Assembly: GCA_019244185.1 (NCBI GenBank)
Contig: JAFATB010000014.1
Coordinates: 512,001 to 576,000, forward strand
Source: Acidobacteriota bacterium
GTDB taxonomy: Bacteria > Acidobacteriota > Thermoanaerobaculia > Gp7-AA8
Direction: 5' to 3'
DNA: 64,000 bases
Position 1 is the stretch's first letter, and every line of letters starts with the position of its first letter. Below the pieces are notes generated by a model. The model had not been told where the DNA came from and made no database searches. It saw only the letters and a list, made by a program, of their open reading frames with translations. This document shows positions 28,470-37,164 of the stretch, in pieces. Made by a program: the position numbers and the translations under genes.

Positions 28470-28597
28470 CGCGACGCCGCGCCGAACCGCGCGGATTCGT
28501 GCCGCGGAGCGAAGGGATGCGAGACGTTGGTTCGGACGTCGAGCAGTTCGTGTCGCGAACGTTGCTGCGACTCCGCGGCGATCGCACAATCCAGCCC

Positions 28598-29941
28598 ATG
28601 AACGCCAAGCGTTTCGCTGTTCAATCGCTCAGCCAGTGCGCGATCCTCCTTTTTGCCGTTGCCACCGCGACCGCCGCCGTTCCGCCGTCACGGCAGGAGC
28701 TCGACCGATCGGTCGCACAGTATGTCGCGCCGTACGTGAAGTACCACGCGTTCAGCGGCGTGGTCCTGGTGGGAAAGGGCGACGACGTACTGATCAACAA
28801 AGCCTTCGGGAATGCGAACTACGAGTTCGGGGTGCCGAACACGCCCGATACGCGTTTCCAGGCAGGCTCGATCAGCAAGCGATTCACGTTTGTCGTGGTC
28901 ATGCACCTGGTCCGGGAGAAGAAGCTCGCCTTGACGGACGCGCTGTTCAAGTGGGTGCCCGACTTTCCCTCGGCCGACAAGATCACGGTCGCGGATCTTC
29001 TCGATCACCACTCCGGCATTCAGGACTCGGACAAATGGCGCGGGATCTTTCGCCGGAACTTCACGACCGCCGACGCCGTCGATGCAATCAAGTCCGAGCC
29101 CCTCGACAGCGTCCCCGGACAGAAGTACTCCTACACGACCTGGAATTACGCCGTGCTCGCGCACATCATCGAGCGCGTGACCGGCGACTCGTACGCGAAC
29201 GTGGTGAAGAAGTACGTCTACGATCCGGCGGGCATGCGCGACTCCGGCGAGTTGTCGACGACGGTCGTCGTTCCGCGCCTCGCGAACGGCTACATGCCGG
29301 GGCCGTTCAGCGACGTCCTGTCCGTCTGCGGGCCGGAAGACACGTCATGGAAAACCGGCGGCGGGGCTTCGTACTCGACGACGCGCGACCTCATGCGATT
29401 TGCACGCGCGTATACGACGACACTGCTCACGAACGAAGAACGGGCGCTGTGGGATACCGAAGACGAGAACACGACTCTGCTCGATCGCAACGTCCTGGAG
29501 GCGAACGGTTCTGCCCCCGGCGCGAACGCGATCATCAACTATTTTCCGGAGTCGGAACTGAGCGTCGTCGTGCTCTCCAACAACAATTCTCCCGTCGCAA
29601 GGACGATCGCGCGCGATGTGGCGTCGATGTACTTCCGCGAGAAGTACACCGTGCCGACTGTTTCGCTCGCGCCGGGCAAACCGTTCGACGCGCGCCTGCT
29701 CCGCGGATACGCGCTCGAGGGGAGAGACTTTACGTTCGAAATCCGGCTGCACGACGGCACGCCGTTCGTTCGCTGGGGCCAGACGCGATGGGAAGCCATG
29801 CTGCCCGAAGGCGACGATCGGTGGTTCCTGCCGCTCGACTTCGGGCACATGACGCTGCGCCTCGATGACACGGGTCAGCTCGTGGAAGGGACGATGACCA
29901 CGACGTGGAGTCGCACGCCGATGAAGGTCATTGCCCGGTAG
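28598..29941 (+). CDS. Serine hydrolase (beta-lactamase-related, class C-like)
   Basis: Signal peptide, FSGVVLV, GSISK (SxxK), LLDHHSGI, PGQKYSY. Confidence 0.85.
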   Translation: MNAKRFAVQSLSQCAILLFAVATATAAVPPSRQELDRSVAQYVAPYVKYHAFSGVVLVGKGDDVLINKAFGNANYEFGVPNTPDTRFQAGSISKRFTFVVVMHLVREKKLALTDALFKWVPDFPSADKITVADLLDHHSGIQDSDKWRGIFRRNFTTADAVDAIKSEPLDSVPGQKYSYTTWNYAVLAHIIERVTGDSYANVVKKYVYDPAGMRDSGELSTTVVVPRLANGYMPGPFSDVLSVCGPEDTSWKTGGGASYSTTRDLMRFARAYTTTLLTNEERALWDTEDENTTLLDRNVLEANGSAPGANAIINYFPESELSVVVLSNNNSPVARTIARDVASMYFREKYTVPTVSLAPGKPFDARLLRGYALEGRDFTFEIRLHDGTPFVRWGQTRWEAMLPEGDDRWFLPLDFGHMTLRLDDTGQLVEGTMTTTWSRTPMKVIAR

Positions 29942-29963
29942 ACGCGTCGACAGCCGGCAGCGT

Positions 29964-30785
29964 TCACGATGCGCCGAAGCGCGCGAGGATGCCGAGGACG
30001 AGCGCGGTGAACTGCTGCTGCACGCGCGCGGTCGTGTCCATCACTTCCTGATGCGTGAGCTTCTGCTTGAGGATGCCCGCGGCCATGTTCGTGATACACG
30101 AGATGCCGAGGACGGGGATCTGCATGTGCGACGCGGCGATGACTTCGGGCACGGTCGACATGCCGACGGCGTCGGCGCCCAGCACACGGAACGCGCGGAT
30201 CTCCGCGGGCGTCTCGTACGTCGGTCCGGAGAGCGCGAGGTAGACGCCTTCCTTCAACGAGAGTCCGAGTCCGGCGGCGACTTCTTTGGCCATGTTGCGC
30301 AGCGACTCGGGATACGCCTCGCTCATGTCGGGGAAGCGCACGCCGAGGTCGTCGACGTTCGGACCGCGCAGCGGATTCACACCCATGAAGTTGATGTGAT
30401 CGGAGATCAGCATCAGATCCCCGGGGACATACGACGTGTTGATGCCGCCGGCCGCGTTCGTGACGACGAGGCGCTTGATGCCGAGGCGGCCGAGAACGCG
30501 CGCGAGGAACATCACCTCGCCCATCTCGTAGCCTTCGTAGAAATGCACGCGTCCCTGCATGATCGCGACGGGGACGCCGTTCGCGCGGCCGAGGATGAGG
30601 CGGCCCTGATGTCCGAGCACCGTCGACGCGCGCGCGCCGGGGATCTCGCCGTACGGAATCGAGGCATCGGTTTCGACCGCGTCGACGACGTTGCCGAGGC
30701 CCGAGCCGAGGATCACGCCGGTCTGCGGCGCGAGCGAAGACTTGCTGCGGATGTACGAGACGGCGGTGTCGAGCGCTTCGAGCAT
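29964..30785 (-). CDS. punA: Purine nucleoside phosphorylase (trimeric type)
   Basis: ILGSGLG, QGRVHFYEG, TNAAGG, GPTYETPAE, GADAVGMSTVPE. Confidence 0.93.
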   Translation of the reverse strand: MLEALDTAVSYIRSKSSLAPQTGVILGSGLGNVVDAVETDASIPYGEIPGARASTVLGHQGRLILGRANGVPVAIMQGRVHFYEGYEMGEVMFLARVLGRLGIKRLVVTNAAGGINTSYVPGDLMLISDHINFMGVNPLRGPNVDDLGVRFPDMSEAYPESLRNMAKEVAAGLGLSLKEGVYLALSGPTYETPAEIRAFRVLGADAVGMSTVPEVIAASHMQIPVLGISCITNMAAGILKQKLTHQEVMDTTARVQQQFTALVLGILARFGAS

Positions 30786-30881
30786 GGCGCGCGAGTATAG
30801 CGTTGACAGCCGACCGTCCCTCGTTCATAAAGCTGGCGGCGGTTCTGCCCGAAAAATCCAGCCAACGAACGGAGCGTCCAG

Positions 30882-32288
30882 ATGGAGCGAGCCACGGCCC
30901 TCATCGGCTTCTTTGCGATTCTGCTGATCGCGTTTGCGATGTCCACGAACCGAAAAGCCATCAAGTGGCGCCCCGTGATCTGGGGCCTCGCGCTGCAGAT
31001 CGTCGTGGCCATCTTCGTGCTGAAAGGCACGCAGATCTCCGCGCTCTTCGCCTCGATCACGCCGCCTCTCACGCGCGCTGGCGCCGCGCTGGTGTTCGTC
31101 GCCGTGGCCGTCGTCGTGGCCTTGCTCGCGAAGCGCATCGCGGCCGAAGCGCGCCGCATTCTCTGGATCGTCTTCGGCATCGTCTCGCTGTATCTGTTCC
31201 TCGCGTTCAACCTGCTCGCGTATCTCTTCGAGACGATGAAGGGCGTCGTCAACAATCTGATCGGCTACACGCAGGTCGGCGCGACGTTCGTCTTCGGCGA
31301 CCTCGGCGCCGCGAACAGCAAGATCGGCTTCGTCTTCGCGACCCAGGTGCTGCCGACGATCATCTTCATCGCGTCCATCTTCGCGGTGCTCTACTACCTC
31401 GGCGTGATGCAGATCGTGGTGCGCTTCTTCGCGAAGCTGATGTCGCGCTTCATGGGCGCGTCGGGCGCGGAGTCGACGTCGGTCGCGGCGTCGATCTTCA
31501 TGGGCCAGACCGAGGCGCCGCTGACCATCCGCCCATTCCTGCCCGACATGACGCTCTCGGAACTGATGACCATCATGACCGCGGGCATGGCGCACATCTC
31601 CGGCGGCATCATGGCCGCGTACGTCCTTGTGGCGAAGGTGGACGTCATTCACCTGCTCACGGCGGTGATCATGACCGCGCCGGGCGCGATCATGATGGCC
31701 AAGATCATGGTGCCGGAGACGGAGCAGACCAAGACCGGCGGCGACGTCGAGGTGGTCGTGCCGAAGCAGGACGTCAACGTGATCGATGCGGCCGGACGCG
31801 GCGCGATCGAAGGACTGCATCTGTCGTTGAACGTGGCCGGCATGCTCATCGCGTTCATCGCGCTGGTCGCGCTCGTGAACGGGATGTTCGGCTACGTGCA
31901 CGGCTACTTCGCCTGGTTCCCCGCGAGCCTCGACGTTCTCCTCGGCTGGGTCTTCGCGCCGATCGCGTGGGCGATGGGCGTAGCGTGGAAGGACGCGATC
32001 ACGGTCGGGAATCTCCTCGGCACGCGCATGGTGCTCAACGAGTTCGTGGCGTTCGCCAAGCTCGGTGAGCCGGGCGTCGGCTCGAGCCTCTCGCCGCGCA
32101 GCTTCGTGATCGTGACGTACGCGCTCTGCGGCTTCGCGAACTTTTCGTCGATCGCGATTCAGATCGGCGGCATCGGCTCGCTCGCGCCGTCGCGTCGCGG
32201 CGATCTCGCGCGGCTGGGCTTGCGCGCGATGATCGCGGGGACGCTGGCGAACTTTCTGACGGCGACGATCGCGGGAGCGATTTTGTAG
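30882..32288 (+). CDS. Concentrative nucleoside transporter (NupC/CNT family)
   Basis: VLPTIIF, IFMGQTEAPL, NEFVAF, YALCGFANFSSIAIQIGG. Divergent from punA. Confidence 0.92.
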   Translation: MERATALIGFFAILLIAFAMSTNRKAIKWRPVIWGLALQIVVAIFVLKGTQISALFASITPPLTRAGAALVFVAVAVVVALLAKRIAAEARRILWIVFGIVSLYLFLAFNLLAYLFETMKGVVNNLIGYTQVGATFVFGDLGAANSKIGFVFATQVLPTIIFIASIFAVLYYLGVMQIVVRFFAKLMSRFMGASGAESTSVAASIFMGQTEAPLTIRPFLPDMTLSELMTIMTAGMAHISGGIMAAYVLVAKVDVIHLLTAVIMTAPGAIMMAKIMVPETEQTKTGGDVEVVVPKQDVNVIDAAGRGAIEGLHLSLNVAGMLIAFIALVALVNGMFGYVHGYFAWFPASLDVLLGWVFAPIAWAMGVAWKDAITVGNLLGTRMVLNEFVAFAKLGEPGVGSSLSPRSFVIVTYALCGFANFSSIAIQIGGIGSLAPSRRGDLARLGLRAMIAGTLANFLTATIAGAIL

Positions 32289-32306
32289 GGAGCAGGTGAG
32301 GGATCG

Positions 32307-32885
32307 CTACTCCTCTCCCTCCTCCTTCACCGGCACCATCGAAATCGTGATCGCGTAGCGCGTGCCGCGCGTGCGCGGACCGCGCGCCGCGTTCTGCGTG
32401 CGGGTGAGCGCGCCGAGGAGGTCATCGCGGAGCGCGCGGGCAGCGCGTTGGGAGAGGCGGAGCACGCCGCGCACGGCGACGATCAACTCCGACGAGTCGT
32501 CGTCCGCCGTCGCCAGCGCGCGGGCGAGCTCGTTGCGCGCTTGATCGAACACCAGCATGCCCATCGCGGCGCGTTCGCGCGCGCCGGCGCGTGACGTTGG
32601 GAACGTCTGCTCGTCGGCGAGAAAACGATGGGCGACGGCCTCGAAGTACTTTTCCGTCGTCCCGCGGTTCGGCCGCGTCTCGCGCAGCCGGATGAGGCCC
32701 GCACGTTCGAGCGCGGCCACGTGGTGGTAGAGCCGCGTCGGAGACTCGTCCATCGCCTCCGCGGCCTGCTTCGTCGTCCGCGGGCGCGCCGCGAACAGCT
32801 CGAGCAGACGGAGGCGGGTGGGGTGGGAGAGGGCGCGGACCTGCGCGAGTCCGTTCACCGTTTGCGTTGCACGCTTCCTGGCCAT
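32307..32885 (-). CDS. ArsR-like winged-helix regulator
   Basis: RALSHPTRLRLL, LYHHVAALERAGLI, EKYFEA. Confidence 0.85.
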   Translation of the reverse strand: MARKRATQTVNGLAQVRALSHPTRLRLLELFAARPRTTKQAAEAMDESPTRLYHHVAALERAGLIRLRETRPNRGTTEKYFEAVAHRFLADEQTFPTSRAGARERAAMGMLVFDQARNELARALATADDDSSELIVAVRGVLRLSQRAARALRDDLLGALTRTQNAARGPRTRGTRYAITISMVPVKEEGEE

Positions 32886-32907
32886 GTCGCCGGCGAATGT
32901 AGCGTAT

Positions 32908-32939
32908 TTGACGATTATTCAACTTTTATTGAATAATCG
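32908..32939. promoter_or_regulatory. Palindromic operator overlapping divergent promoters
   Basis: CGATTATTCAA-N6-TTGAATAATCG (32912-32939), with TTGACG at 32908. Confidence 0.75.
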
Positions 32940-32946
32940 CGCGGTC

Positions 32947-33624
32947 ATGAATGAACTGCTCGCGCTGTGGATCGTGCTCGTCAACCCGCTGGTCGATGTC
33001 GTGCTTTACCGACAGCTGGGCCGTTCCTCCGCCGCGAGCTCGCGGCTGCGCTACTACGCGATCGGTCTCGCACTGCAGTGGACGGTCACGCTCTGCGTCC
33101 TCTTCGTGTCGCGGCGTGACGCCGCCGCGTGGCAGGGCTTTCGATTCGCGGTTGGACCACCGCTGCGGTTCGCGCTCGGCTTCGCCATCGGCGCCGCTTA
33201 TCTCGCGGTGATGCTCGCGCAGCGGCGGAAGCTCATCGCGCGGCCGGAGCTGATGCCGCTCGTCCGCCGGTCCTTCCATCGCGCGGAACTGCTGCTGCCG
33301 CATACGCGCGCCGAGCTCCGCGCGTTCACCGCGATCGCGCTGACCGCGGGTTTCACCGAGGAAGTGCTCTACCGCGGCTTCCTGCTCACGTATGCGAACG
33401 CGTTCCTCGGACTCGGACTGGCCATCTTCGCGAGCTCGCTCGCGTTCGGCTTCGCGCACGTCTACCTCGGCTGGCGTCACGTCGCGCGTACGGCGATCGT
33501 CGGGCTCGCATTCGCGGGACTGCTGTTTCTCTCCGGCTCGATCTGGCCCGCGATCGCAACGCACGCCGCGATCGATCTCGTGGCCGGCAACCTCGGATGG
33601 CATGCGCTCCGCGGCGCGGATTGA
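32947..33624 (+). CDS. CPBP (Abi/CAAX-type) intramembrane glutamic protease
   Basis: TAGFTEEVLYRG, FGFAHVY, H...D (THAAID), several TMs. Confidence 0.9.
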   Translation: MNELLALWIVLVNPLVDVVLYRQLGRSSAASSRLRYYAIGLALQWTVTLCVLFVSRRDAAAWQGFRFAVGPPLRFALGFAIGAAYLAVMLAQRRKLIARPELMPLVRRSFHRAELLLPHTRAELRAFTAIALTAGFTEEVLYRGFLLTYANAFLGLGLAIFASSLAFGFAHVYLGWRHVARTAIVGLAFAGLLFLSGSIWPAIATHAAIDLVAGNLGWHALRGAD

Positions 33625-33651
33625 GGAACCTCTGTACAAGGCACAGGTTCC

Positions 33652-34599
33652 CTAGCGCAGCGCGTCGAGCAATGCCGCGAAGTCCGGCGCGAGCGGCGCC
33701 ACGAACGTCATCCGCTCGCCGCTGCGCGGATGCGGCAGCGTGATGCGCGCGGCGTGCAGCGCCTGCCGCGTGAACGACGCGAGCGTGCGCTGCACCTTCT
33801 TGTCCGGAATGCCGCGCCACTGCGGGCCGGAGTAGAGCGGATCGCCGACGAGCGGATGTCCGGCGTGCTTCAGATGCACGCGGATCTGATGCGTGCGCCC
33901 GGTGCGGAGGCGGCACTGCACGAGCGAGACGTACCGCAACCGCTCGCGCAGCTCGTAGTCCGTCACGGCGCGGCGTCCACCGTTCGCGACGACGGCCATG
34001 CGTTTGCGGTCGCGCGGATCGCGACCGATTGCCGCGTCGATGGTGCCGCGATCGGGATCGGGCGTGCCGTAGACAAGCGCGAGGTACTCCTTGCGCATGG
34101 CGTCCGTGCTCCACGCCTCGGTGAGCCTGCGGTGCGCGTCGTCGTGCTTCGCGATCACCATCACGCCGCTCGTGTCCTTGTCGAGCCGGTGCACGATGCC
34201 GGGGCGGATCTCGCCGCCGACGCCGGAGAGGTCCTTCACGTGGAAGAGCAGCGCGTTGACGAGCGTGCCGTCGGCGTGTCCCGCCGCGGGATGGACGACG
34301 AGTCCCGCGGGTTTGTCGATCGCGACGAGGTCGTCGTCCTCGTAGAGGATCGTGAGCGGAAGGTCCTGCGAGACCGCCGAGGACGGCGCCGCATCGGGCA
34401 CGTCGATCGCAACGCGCTGCCCGTCCTCGACGCGCTGCGACGGTTTGGCCGCGACGCGATCGTCGACGCGCACGCGTCCTTCTTCGATGAGGCGTGCGAG
34501 GAAGTTGCGGCTGTGCTCGGGGAAGAGGATGCCGAGGGCACGGTCGAGGCGGAGACCGGCGTGAGCGGGGGTGATGGCGGCCTCAGACGTAGTGCTCAC
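33652..34599 (-). CDS. rluD: RluA/RluD-family pseudouridine synthase
   Basis: S4 domain, IDKPAGLVVHP, RPGIVHRLDKDTSG, TGRTHQIRVH, QALHA. GTG start after GGAGA. Confidence 0.88.
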   Translation of the reverse strand: MSTTSEAAITPAHAGLRLDRALGILFPEHSRNFLARLIEEGRVRVDDRVAAKPSQRVEDGQRVAIDVPDAAPSSAVSQDLPLTILYEDDDLVAIDKPAGLVVHPAAGHADGTLVNALLFHVKDLSGVGGEIRPGIVHRLDKDTSGVMVIAKHDDAHRRLTEAWSTDAMRKEYLALVYGTPDPDRGTIDAAIGRDPRDRKRMAVVANGGRRAVTDYELRERLRYVSLVQCRLRTGRTHQIRVHLKHAGHPLVGDPLYSGPQWRGIPDKKVQRTLASFTRQALHAARITLPHPRSGERMTFVAPLAPDFAALLDALR

Positions 34600-34748
34600 G
34601 AGGGTGACGTTCTCCGGATGTGATCCGTATACGTTCGTTGACAACGATGTGGAGCAGCAGCGCGCGATTCGCGTAGAATGCGGCGGCAGCATATCGTTGG
34701 ATGCAGTGCAGACCAATATCACGTGGTGTTAAAGGGGAGAATATGTTC

Positions 34749-35753
34749 ATGAAGAAACTCGGTGTCGCGGCGGCCATGATGCTCTGCGCGTTCGGCGCAT
34801 CCGCGAGTAACTTCCGCGGTGCGGACCAGGTGTATTTGCCGGTCGCCGGTCACGTGGGTGGTTCGAGCGGTACGTTCATCTCGGACGTGTATCTGTCGAA
34901 CCTCAGCCAGACCGAAGACGTCGACGTGTCGGTGATCTATCAGCCGATCGGCGAAGGTGGCGGCTCGGGAACGGAGTTCAAGAACGTCATCACGCTCACG
35001 GCCGGTGAGCGTCGCGAGATCACGGACTTTTTCCCGACGGTTCTCGGCCAGAACGGCTACGGACAGCTGATCTTCAACGGCTGCCTCAAGGGCGCGAACT
35101 GCGGCCCCGAGACGCAGGACGACAACGGCAACAGCCCGAACTATCGCGCCATCAGCGCGGAGAGCCGCATTTATCAGATCCCGAACGGCGGCTCGGTCAA
35201 CGACGGCACCACGGGCCAGCTCTTCTCCGGCATTCCCTGGTACAACTTCGTGAGCTCGCTCCAGAGCGCGCAGGGTCTCGACAAGATCTTCATCACCGGC
35301 ATCCGCCAGACCGGTCTCGCCGGAGCCGCTGGCACGTTCCGCACGAACATCGGCCTCGTGAACGCGTCGCAGTACAACACGACCGAGATGGTCGTCACGC
35401 TCTATCAGGGTTCGACCAGCGCGACCAGCAAGAAGGGCGAGTATCACCTCGACCTCGGCCCGCTCGGCAGCGTGCAGAAGGGCTTCGGCGAGATGTTCGG
35501 CAACGACATCACCGGCACGAACTTCTTCGTCACCGTCGAGCAGCGCAACAACCGCCCGAGCCCCGATTCGCCGAGCGGCTGCACGCAGGGCTGCCCGGCC
35601 TTCCTCGCGTACGGCTCGATCCTCGACAACAAGTCGGGTGACGCGACGACGCTCGAAGCGCAGTACATGCAGGCGCTCTCGCCGGAAGCGATCACCGTCA
35701 TCTACCCGAACGGCTCGGGCAAGACGCTGATGCACCGCAGCGTGCACCACTAA
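34749..35753 (+). CDS. Secreted hypothetical beta-rich protein
   Basis: SD GGGGAG, signal peptide MKKLGVAAAMMLCAFGASA. Two similar halves (GTFISDVYLSN / GTFRTNIGLVN), Cys pairs, C-biased codons. Ends HRSVHH. Confidence 0.8.
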   Translation: MKKLGVAAAMMLCAFGASASNFRGADQVYLPVAGHVGGSSGTFISDVYLSNLSQTEDVDVSVIYQPIGEGGGSGTEFKNVITLTAGERREITDFFPTVLGQNGYGQLIFNGCLKGANCGPETQDDNGNSPNYRAISAESRIYQIPNGGSVNDGTTGQLFSGIPWYNFVSSLQSAQGLDKIFITGIRQTGLAGAAGTFRTNIGLVNASQYNTTEMVVTLYQGSTSATSKKGEYHLDLGPLGSVQKGFGEMFGNDITGTNFFVTVEQRNNRPSPDSPSGCTQGCPAFLAYGSILDNKSGDATTLEAQYMQALSPEAITVIYPNGSGKTLMHRSVHH

Positions 35754-35777
35754 GATCCTTTCCCGGGACGTTGACGC

Positions 35778-35807
35778 AAGGCCGCGCCGAGAGGCGCGGC
35801 CTTTTTT
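35778..35807 (+). terminator. Intrinsic terminator
   Basis: AAGGCCGCGCC-GAGA-GGCGCGGCC-TTTTTT. Confidence 0.88.
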
Positions 35808-35822
35808 GTACCATTGCGCCGC

Positions 35823-36554
35823 ATGCAAAGCCCACGAACCCGCCGTGTTCAGCGGGTGCACCTGGCGCAGCCTCTGCTCGCGCGGCTCGGCTCGACGCAG
35901 GTGGTGCTCGTCGACGTGAGCGTGCTCGGCGCGCGGGTGGAGCATCACGTGCCGCTCGTGGCCGGCGCGCATGCGCGGCTCTCGTTCGTCTGCGAGGGGG
36001 AAGAGATCGCGACCGACTGCCGCATCGTCCGCTCGCGGCTGGAGCGTTTCTCCGTCGGCGCCGACGGCCTCACGGTCTATCACTCCGGACTCGAGTTCGA
36101 GAACCTCGACGAGGCGACGCGCGCGCAGCTCAAGACCATCATCGGCCGCTGCATCACGCGCGCGCTCGAGGAGCAGAAGCTCAACGCGCGCGGCGTGCTG
36201 CCGCAGCATTCGATCGACCGCATGCCGATCTTCCGCTTCGGACAGCTCACGGCCGACGCGCGCGACAAGGAAGTGGCGGGCGCCGCGTATCTCCCCGCCG
36301 CGCGCGTGGCGAACGAGACCGGCTACATCTGCTACGCGCTCGAGAACGATCACTGGCGTCGCAAGCGCACGCACGATCCCGGGCAGCCGCACGAGGGCTT
36401 CACGATCTCCGCGAATGAAGACCACGATCAGGCCGAGCTGCTGTGCGATGCGTACCGCCGTTCCGACCGCGACGGACGCAGGCTCATCCAGCTGTGCGCG
36501 CAGCTCAGCATCGTCGACGGCGAGGGGATTTCGCCGGGGCGTTTCGACCCCTGA
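35823..36554 (+). CDS. PilZ domain protein with uncharacterised C-terminal domain
   Basis: RxxxR (RRVQR), DVSVLGA (D/NxSxxG), GLEF. Confidence 0.8.
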   Translation: MQSPRTRRVQRVHLAQPLLARLGSTQVVLVDVSVLGARVEHHVPLVAGAHARLSFVCEGEEIATDCRIVRSRLERFSVGADGLTVYHSGLEFENLDEATRAQLKTIIGRCITRALEEQKLNARGVLPQHSIDRMPIFRFGQLTADARDKEVAGAAYLPAARVANETGYICYALENDHWRRKRTHDPGQPHEGFTISANEDHDQAELLCDAYRRSDRDGRRLIQLCAQLSIVDGEGISPGRFDP

Positions 36555-36616
36555 CCGGCGAGCCGTTTCCGGGAATCGTCCCCGGGAAGCCTCTGTTGTC
36601 GGCAAACGCAGTGCTG

Positions 36617-36679
36617 TGTTAGTCTTCGACGGCTTTCGAGCAACACCTTTCGAAAGCGGCCGATTCGGCCGCTTTTTTT
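36617..36679 (+). promoter_or_regulatory. rimP leader with terminator/attenuator-like hairpin
   Basis: TGnTAGTCT extended -10 candidate, then AAAGCGGCCG-ATT-CGGCCGCTTTTTTT just before rimP. Confidence 0.65.
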
Positions 36680-36692
36680 GTTGATGGGGCTA

Positions 36693-37160
36693 ATGAACGG
36701 ACTACCGGAACGGGTCGAGCAGCAGGTCCAGCGGATCGTCGAATCCGAAGGGCTGGAGCTCGTCCACATCGATTATCGGCGCCAGGGACACGCGTTCCTG
36801 CTGCGCATCGATATCGACAAGGAGGGCGGCGTCACGATCGACGACTGCTCGCTCGTCTCGCAGCAGGTGTCCGCGTGGCTCGACGTCGAGGATCCGATTC
36901 CGGCCGAGTACGAGCTGCAGGTGTCGTCGCCCGGCCTGGACCGGAAGTTCTACCGCACGTCCGACTACGAGAAGTTCGTCGGCCGTCTCGTGCGCGTGAA
37001 AACGAGCAAGGCCGTCCGCGGCCTGCACGTCATCGTCGGGACGCTCAAGCAGTTCGATGGAGCCACCGTCGTCGTCACCGATCCGGTGGTGAAAAAAGAT
37101 CCGGACTACGCGATCCCGCTCGCGGACATCAAGGAAACGCGTTTGGAAGTGGAGATCTAA
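36693..37160 (+). CDS. rimP: Ribosome maturation factor RimP
   Basis: LRIDIDKEGGVTIDDC, YELQVSSPGLDR. Upstream of nusA. Start may be 36684. Confidence 0.93.
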   Translation: MNGLPERVEQQVQRIVESEGLELVHIDYRRQGHAFLLRIDIDKEGGVTIDDCSLVSQQVSAWLDVEDPIPAEYELQVSSPGLDRKFYRTSDYEKFVGRLVRVKTSKAVRGLHVIVGTLKQFDGATVVVTDPVVKKDPDYAIPLADIKETRLEVEI

Positions 37161-37164
37161 CGGG

